Shown here: piece after piece, positions 59,491-64,000 of the stretch
Position numbering within the stretch: position 1 is the first letter of the stretch
Layout: every line of letters starts with the position of its first letter
Virus record (IMG/VR): IMGVR_UViG_3300006754_000011
Span: 1-64,000 of that record
DNA length: 64,000 nt
Strand: one strand, 5' to 3'
From: a virus
Position numbers and translations under genes: made by a program
Notes under the pieces: generated by a model
Databases searched by the model: none
What the model was told of the DNA's origin: nothing
What the model saw: the letters and a program-made list of their open reading frames with translations, nothing else

Positions 59491-61785
59491 TTACTTTTTA
59501 ACTTTGTAATAATTTTGATCTTCTCGATTTAAAAGTCTACAAAGAGAAAAAGCATCCAAGCCAGAATCAAGAGCTACAAAAGCACTCTTTGATTTATCAA
59601 AGATAGTTAAATGATACTGGCCATTCTCATCGAGTAATAGGTTATAAAGTTTAACTACATTTAATTGATGTGGTTCAGTAGTAGTCATTTGTTAATCATC
59701 CAATTCTTTAATGAGTTTTTTTAAAGCTTGATCAAGTTTTTTACCTAATCGTTTCAGGTTTTCAATTTGATCTGGAATAGACATTGACATGTAAAATTCC
59801 AACTCTTCTTCATAAGTTTTTTCAGGCATTAATTTCTATCCGATTCAGCTTTCTCTATTTTCGCATCTAGAAGACGTTGATCTCTATCAGAGATATCCGC
59901 TTCATGTAATGCATAAAGAAGTCTAGACTGAAGCTCATAACATTCAGCCCTCCAAACAAGACTGCCATTACGATTAGCTTGTTTAATTTGTTTTTCAGCT
60001 AAGTCGCTAAGTCTATAAAGTTCTGAGAAAGACATTTCAACATTAACTTTTTTCATTAGCCTTTTTTAATAGTGGTGAGCTTTAAATACTTTTCATAAAG
60101 TTCTCCCATCTTTGGTTCAGTTTTAGATGATTTCCACATCTGGCGTAAGATTAGTTCGAAATCATCTATTGGAATGACTACTGAAAGAGAACCGTTCATG
60201 TAAGGTTCAGTCATTAAATTTCCTCAAATGTTTGATCGCCATCAATGGCATATTTATTTTCAAGTTCTCTCCTGAATTCTTCTTGTCTCTCTTCATAATG
60301 AGGATCAAGTTTATTCAGAAAATCTTTGAACATAAAATCAGTTATTGGTTTTCCGTTGAGAATCATGGATAAGCTCCTGTACTTTTTGTTGACATTCTTC
60401 AATTGCTTCGTCACTTAAATGAGAAGCAAAAGAATTAATCAGCTCAGTACATTCATTAGCCTTTTCATCAGTCGAAGCTGTGATATAAAGAACTAATGCT
60501 TTAACTAGAGCTGTGCGGAATTCTGCTTCTGATTGAGAAACAGTTTTGTAAGGATCAGTGGATTGAATAAATCTTTGGTGGATGGTAGACATTAGTAATT
60601 ACAGATAGTTGAATGTAATTTTTTTGTATCCTGATAGTACAAATCAACATCACATTTACATGATTTAGATACATGGTGAGCTGTATCTATAGCAACGTCA
60701 TAAGGCATTGTTCCATTTTCTTTAGGAACATTCTTACAACGAAGATCAAGATAGTGAGAAGATTTTAATTTCATAATTAAGAATGCAAAAGTTGGTGTTG
60801 ATTCCAAGCATTTTCATACCTTTCATTAGAGGTATGACCTAAGTAAGCATTGTTTAGATCAGCATCAGTAGGCTCCCAATAAATGATCTCTTCAAGACGC
60901 TCAATGATTTCTTCAATCATTTCTCTATGTTCTGGAAAGAGCTGTTCGTCTTGCATATCTCTTTTATCTTCTCTCTTTAACATGAGCTGAAGATCTTTAT
61001 TCATAGCCTCAAGAATAGTTAGTTCACTCATTAGGATTCCTCCTTCAATGTATCTACACATTCACTTTGACATTCCTTATCATCAGGAGTACAAGTGGTA
61101 ATACATTGGAAATAATCTTCTACTGGATCTTCATCATCCCATTCATCTTTAATAAATAACTTAGAAGCTTCTAGTTCTGCGTGGTTTTTAAGATGAACAC
61201 AGAAAGTAATAAACATATTAAATTCTTTAGGATTCTTAAAATCCTTTTGATTTAATTCATAAAGTTTCCAACCTCGTCCTTTAGTTCTAAAAGTTCCATC
61301 AGAACAATCATCCATATAACGTAACATTTTCAATGCACGAAATGCATAAAGAGCTGGTGGATGAGAAGGAATAAAAGAATGTTTCATAAGATTGTTTAAG
61401 ATTTGTGACCTTTAGGAAATCCGTGCAAGTGAATACTTTTTTGTTCACTTAAAGAATAAACATGACATGTATAAATAGCAGCACTTCTTAAAGGTTCATT
61501 AGGCTCTAGTCCAGTAACTCTTCTGAATGTTTTTTCATCTTTACCTGCTGTGCAATAGTAGCCATAAAGGTTTAACCAAGAATCATCTAACTCAGCATTA
61601 TCTAATGCTTCAGCACGTGTTTCTAGTTTTTCAGAATGATAAACATCCATATCAAAAGTAGCTGTACCTAAGTGTCTAGGTTGATCTCCAATAGATTCAG
61701 GATCTTGAAAGTCTACAGGTTCGTTATATTTTATATAACGCAGTACTTCCCAATAAGCTTTTCCTAAATGTTCATCAAAAGTCAT
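59491..61785 (-). other. Array of short co-oriented early-type hypothetical genes
   Basis: At least eight 65-130-aa ORFs, many stop/start coupled. Confidence 0.6.
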
Positions 61786-61796
61786 AATTAAAATTT

Positions 61797-61859
61797 GTAA
61801 CAGGGTGTACTACACAAACTTGTCCTTTAGGTTTATAATACTTTTGTAGCAACCGCTAC
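61797..61859 (+). promoter_or_regulatory. Promoter with two NtcA-type boxes (61797-61810, 61846-61859) flanking a TATAAT -10 (61834-61839)
   Basis: GTA-ACAGGGTG-TAC, then 23 nt, then TATAAT; GTA-GCAACCGC-TAC over the predicted start site. Confidence 0.65.
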
Positions 61860-61863
61860 TAAA

Positions 61864-61922
61864 CGTTCACCTTATGTAATATAAGGCGCAGTTCGACTCA
61901 AGCCAAGGAACGGGGACTTGAG
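61864..61922 (+). ncRNA. Glutamine-II (Downstream-peptide) riboswitch
   Basis: P1 CGTTC/GAACG, P2 CCTTAT/ATAAGG, CGCA..CGAC core, GGAACGGGG, pseudoknot CTCAAG/CTTGAG; upstream of a YRG peptide gene. Confidence 0.85.
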
Positions 61923-61941
61923 CATTTATCGGACTAAGATC

Positions 61942-62100
61942 ATGAATTCACTTCTTACTTATCGCGGAGTTAAGTACTCTAAGCACGACGTTCAGAAAGC
62001 TGTTGCAAAAAATGCAGAAGAGCTTTCACAAACTAAATCCCCGTTGGTTTACAGACGTATTAATTATCGTCCAGAAATCACAGTAACAAAGACTAAGTAA
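61942..62100 (+). CDS. DUF4278-family peptide (riboswitch-controlled)
   Basis: MNSLLTYRGVKY...LVYRRINY; ATG at 61942 preferred over the track TTG, which lies inside the riboswitch. Confidence 0.8.
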   Translation: MNSLLTYRGVKYSKHDVQKAVAKNAEELSQTKSPLVYRRINYRPEITVTKTK

Positions 62101-62134
62101 AGTCTTTTAAACTAAAGGCAGTTGTTCTTTCTAC

Positions 62135-62377
62135 ATGGAAGATAAATCGCCTATCTATGATTTAAATCTGGAAGATTTTATGAGGTACTTCGATCCAGGA
62201 GATCCGTATCATCTTTCAGGTTTAAAAGAATTACAAGACAACATACCGAAGCGTCTTCTACGTAGCGATGCTGAATGGTTTAAGACGTGGAGCCAATCTG
62301 GCAAACGTGCAGATCCTTATTATCAGAATTCAATACCACAATATTTTTGGCCTTATAAAGAGAGCCAGTTTTATTAA
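62135..62377 (+). CDS. Small helical protein resembling a cyanophage lysin-associated domain
   Basis: LEDFMRYF..GDPYHLSGLKELQ..IP..LL...AEWFKTW. Confidence 0.45.
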   Translation: MEDKSPIYDLNLEDFMRYFDPGDPYHLSGLKELQDNIPKRLLRSDAEWFKTWSQSGKRADPYYQNSIPQYFWPYKESQFY

Positions 62378-62724
62378 GTTAATACAAAATAAGAACATTC
62401 TTCTGCATCTAATTCAGGGATGTCTAGCCGACAAGAATTACCATAATAATGTGTGCATTGATGACAAGATTTTTTAGACTTTAAACTAAGACTGTTTTTT
62501 ATTTTAGTAATAATTTTTTTATTACTTAGATACTCTTCATATTCATCTGCAGTTATCTCATAAGTAGTAGCTTTGTATCCACACTGATTACAACGTTTTC
62601 TTCTACGTCTTAAGAAAGTCTTTGAGTTCCCATGGTTATTACCTCCTGAAGGACGTGATTCTATAACCTGAAATGTTTTTTCAGAGCACTTAGGACACTT
62701 ACTAGGTTCTCTTATAAAAGCCAT
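62374..62724 (-). CDS. NrdR-like N-terminal Zn-ribbon protein
   Basis: KCPKC...VIESR...RRRKRCNQCGYKATTYE; no ATP cone. Confidence 0.7.
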   Translation of the reverse strand: MAFIREPSKCPKCSEKTFQVIESRPSGGNNHGNSKTFLRRRRKRCNQCGYKATTYEITADEYEEYLSNKKIITKIKNSLSLKSKKSCHQCTHYYGNSCRLDIPELDAEECSYFVLT

Positions 62725-62728
62725 TTAA

Positions 62729-63004
62729 TCATTGTTCTCTAACTAACATGTGCTGAACATAAATCTCAGTACTCTTAAAACCATCTCTCAATACTTTGTA
62801 ATGGAAACGAGTCGATCCTTTTTTATCAGGAATGTTTTTAGAAGGAATGAATCCATCTTCAAGATCTTCAACAATAACTCCTTTCCATGCGCCTTTACCA
62901 ATAATACTTAAGCCTTCTTCTCCTGCGAATTGGTTCGTATTCTTTTTAATGACACGATCTCCTTTCTTATATTTAGGAGTTGGCGGACCTTTTCTAGTAG
63001 CCAT
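62729..63004 (-). CDS. Small SH3-like hypothetical protein
   Basis: KYKKGDRV...GVIVE...YKV. Confidence 0.45.
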   Translation of the reverse strand: MATRKGPPTPKYKKGDRVIKKNTNQFAGEEGLSIIGKGAWKGVIVEDLEDGFIPSKNIPDKKGSTRFHYKVLRDGFKSTEIYVQHMLVREQ

Positions 63005-63082
63005 GTAGTACTTTTTAAAAAGATTGACAACTTCTTTACCATATCTTATTGAGGAGATACGGCTAAAGATTTAAGTAGTTTC

Positions 63083-63163
63083 TTTACAAATCATCTCATT
63101 ATGCTTACAATAAAATGTGTGCAAAGGATCGTGGGTTGAGGGTGGTGCCTTAACCCTTTTTTT
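63083..63163 (+). ncRNA. Candidate ~45-nt sRNA with its own sigma70 promoter and terminator
   Basis: TTTACA-N17-TACAAT, then GTGCAAAGGATC, hairpin GGGTTGAGG/CCTTAACCC and T7; no ORF. Confidence 0.55.
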
Positions 63164-63273
63164 ATGCATATATTCAAGACTGGTAGCGGGCGTGAATTTA
63201 TGTGTAATTCTGTTTGTATCCAGATGAACCTTACTACTCATCTTACAAATAAAAATATTAATTTTTTATACTT

Positions 63274-63471
63274 TTATTCTTCAGAGAAGTAATAAAGTTT
63301 TTTTAGATATTCATTATAACCAAGAGTAAAACATTCAGTAAAAAATTCACTGGCTGCCATATCTTTTTTAATTAATGTATGTGCTTTTAAATCTTTAATG
63401 AAGCAATTGATTTCATTTGCTTCTTTTTCTCCACCAATTGGAAGAACTATCTGATAACGTGACTCAACCAT
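63274..63471 (-). CDS. Hypothetical protein
   Basis: 65-aa ORF. Confidence 0.45.
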   Translation of the reverse strand: MVESRYQIVLPIGGEKEANEINCFIKDLKAHTLIKKDMAASEFFTECFTLGYNEYLKKLYYFSEE

Positions 63472-63497
63472 AAAAGGTTTCAGCTTCCTTAGATAGT

Positions 63498-63767
63498 CTA
63501 CTCTGCTTTAGATGTAAGATCATTCAACATCAGGAATCGCTTAACTTCTTGATTAGGAGCTTCAATTAGTTTATTAATAGTCTTTAACTTCTTTTCAGCA
63601 GTTAAAGCTCGTTCACTCCAGTAAGCAAGAAGTTGATTGGTACTTCCTAGTTCAGTTTCAAGAGCTGTTTGAAATAAAGATGAAGGACTTATATCAAGGT
63701 CAGATTCTTTCCACCTGGTAAAGAGTTCATCAGGCACGCTGACGCTAACAACTTGAGCCACTCGCAA
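63498..63767 (-). CDS. Ribbon-helix-helix (CcdA-like) protein
   Basis: VVSVSVPDELF..WKE..LDISPSSLFQTALETEL. Confidence 0.5.
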   Translation of the reverse strand: MRVAQVVSVSVPDELFTRWKESDLDISPSSLFQTALETELGSTNQLLAYWSERALTAEKKLKTINKLIEAPNQEVKRFLMLNDLTSKAE

Positions 63768-64000
63768 CCATTAAAGAGATGCACTTAAAATAACATGGAT
63801 AGCTTATGTAAGCCATATTCATTTTTTAATAACTTTATGAAATTCTTTTTCAAGACTTTCAATTGTTTTAGTAACTGGATAGGGTTCAGTTACGATTACG
63901 TTTTCTTTAGGAAGAAGTGCTCGCATTGAGTTTGCATACTCTTCTGCTTCCTCTATGTAAGGAAAGAATGGAGTATAAAGCTTTGTATCTCCTTCTGTTT

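Noticed and set aside
61918-61941. TTG start for the DUF4278 gene as given in the ORF track
   Set aside because: It lies within the riboswitch pseudoknot strand; ATG at 61942 gives the typical M-x-x-L-x-YRG start
1-64000. Prophage or lysogeny module
   Set aside because: No integrase, repressor pair, att-like repeat or host flank recognised; the window is only part of the genome, so lifestyle is undetermined

Overview
A 64-kb segment of an AT-rich (roughly one-third GC by eye) tailed dsDNA cyanophage. The host is most likely Prochlorococcus, judged from the Prochlorococcus-type D1 sequence. The + strand (1-23.8 kb, 35.9-40.9 kb) holds candidate ejection/internal proteins, terminase, portal, scaffold, major capsid protein, head-tail genes and two paralogous tail-fibre cassettes. 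The mostly - strand arm (41-64 kb) holds psbA, hli, a PrimPol-D5 primase/helicase, a PD-(D/E)XK exonuclease, SSB, a T7-like PolA, ArdC, Gp157, a SET protein and many small early-type genes. No integrase, tRNA, CRISPR array, tape measure or sheath gene was recognised in this window. Most notable: (1) a nitrogen-sensing unit at 61.8-62.1 kb made of two NtcA-type GTA-N8-TAC boxes, a glutamine-II (Downstream-peptide) riboswitch and a DUF4278 peptide; (2) an NblA-like gene in an apparent Prochlorococcus phage; (3) a 539-nt GC-shifted dual-coding overlap of portal and scaffold; (4) dispersed small low-complexity proteins sharing an R-[MLF]-A-G motif; (5) a promoter/terminator-bounded ~45-nt candidate sRNA complementary to another gene's leader, plus several other structured intergenic RNAs; (6) lysozyme and Dam homologues with altered catalytic motifs. 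All family assignments come from motif recognition by eye, not from database searches.
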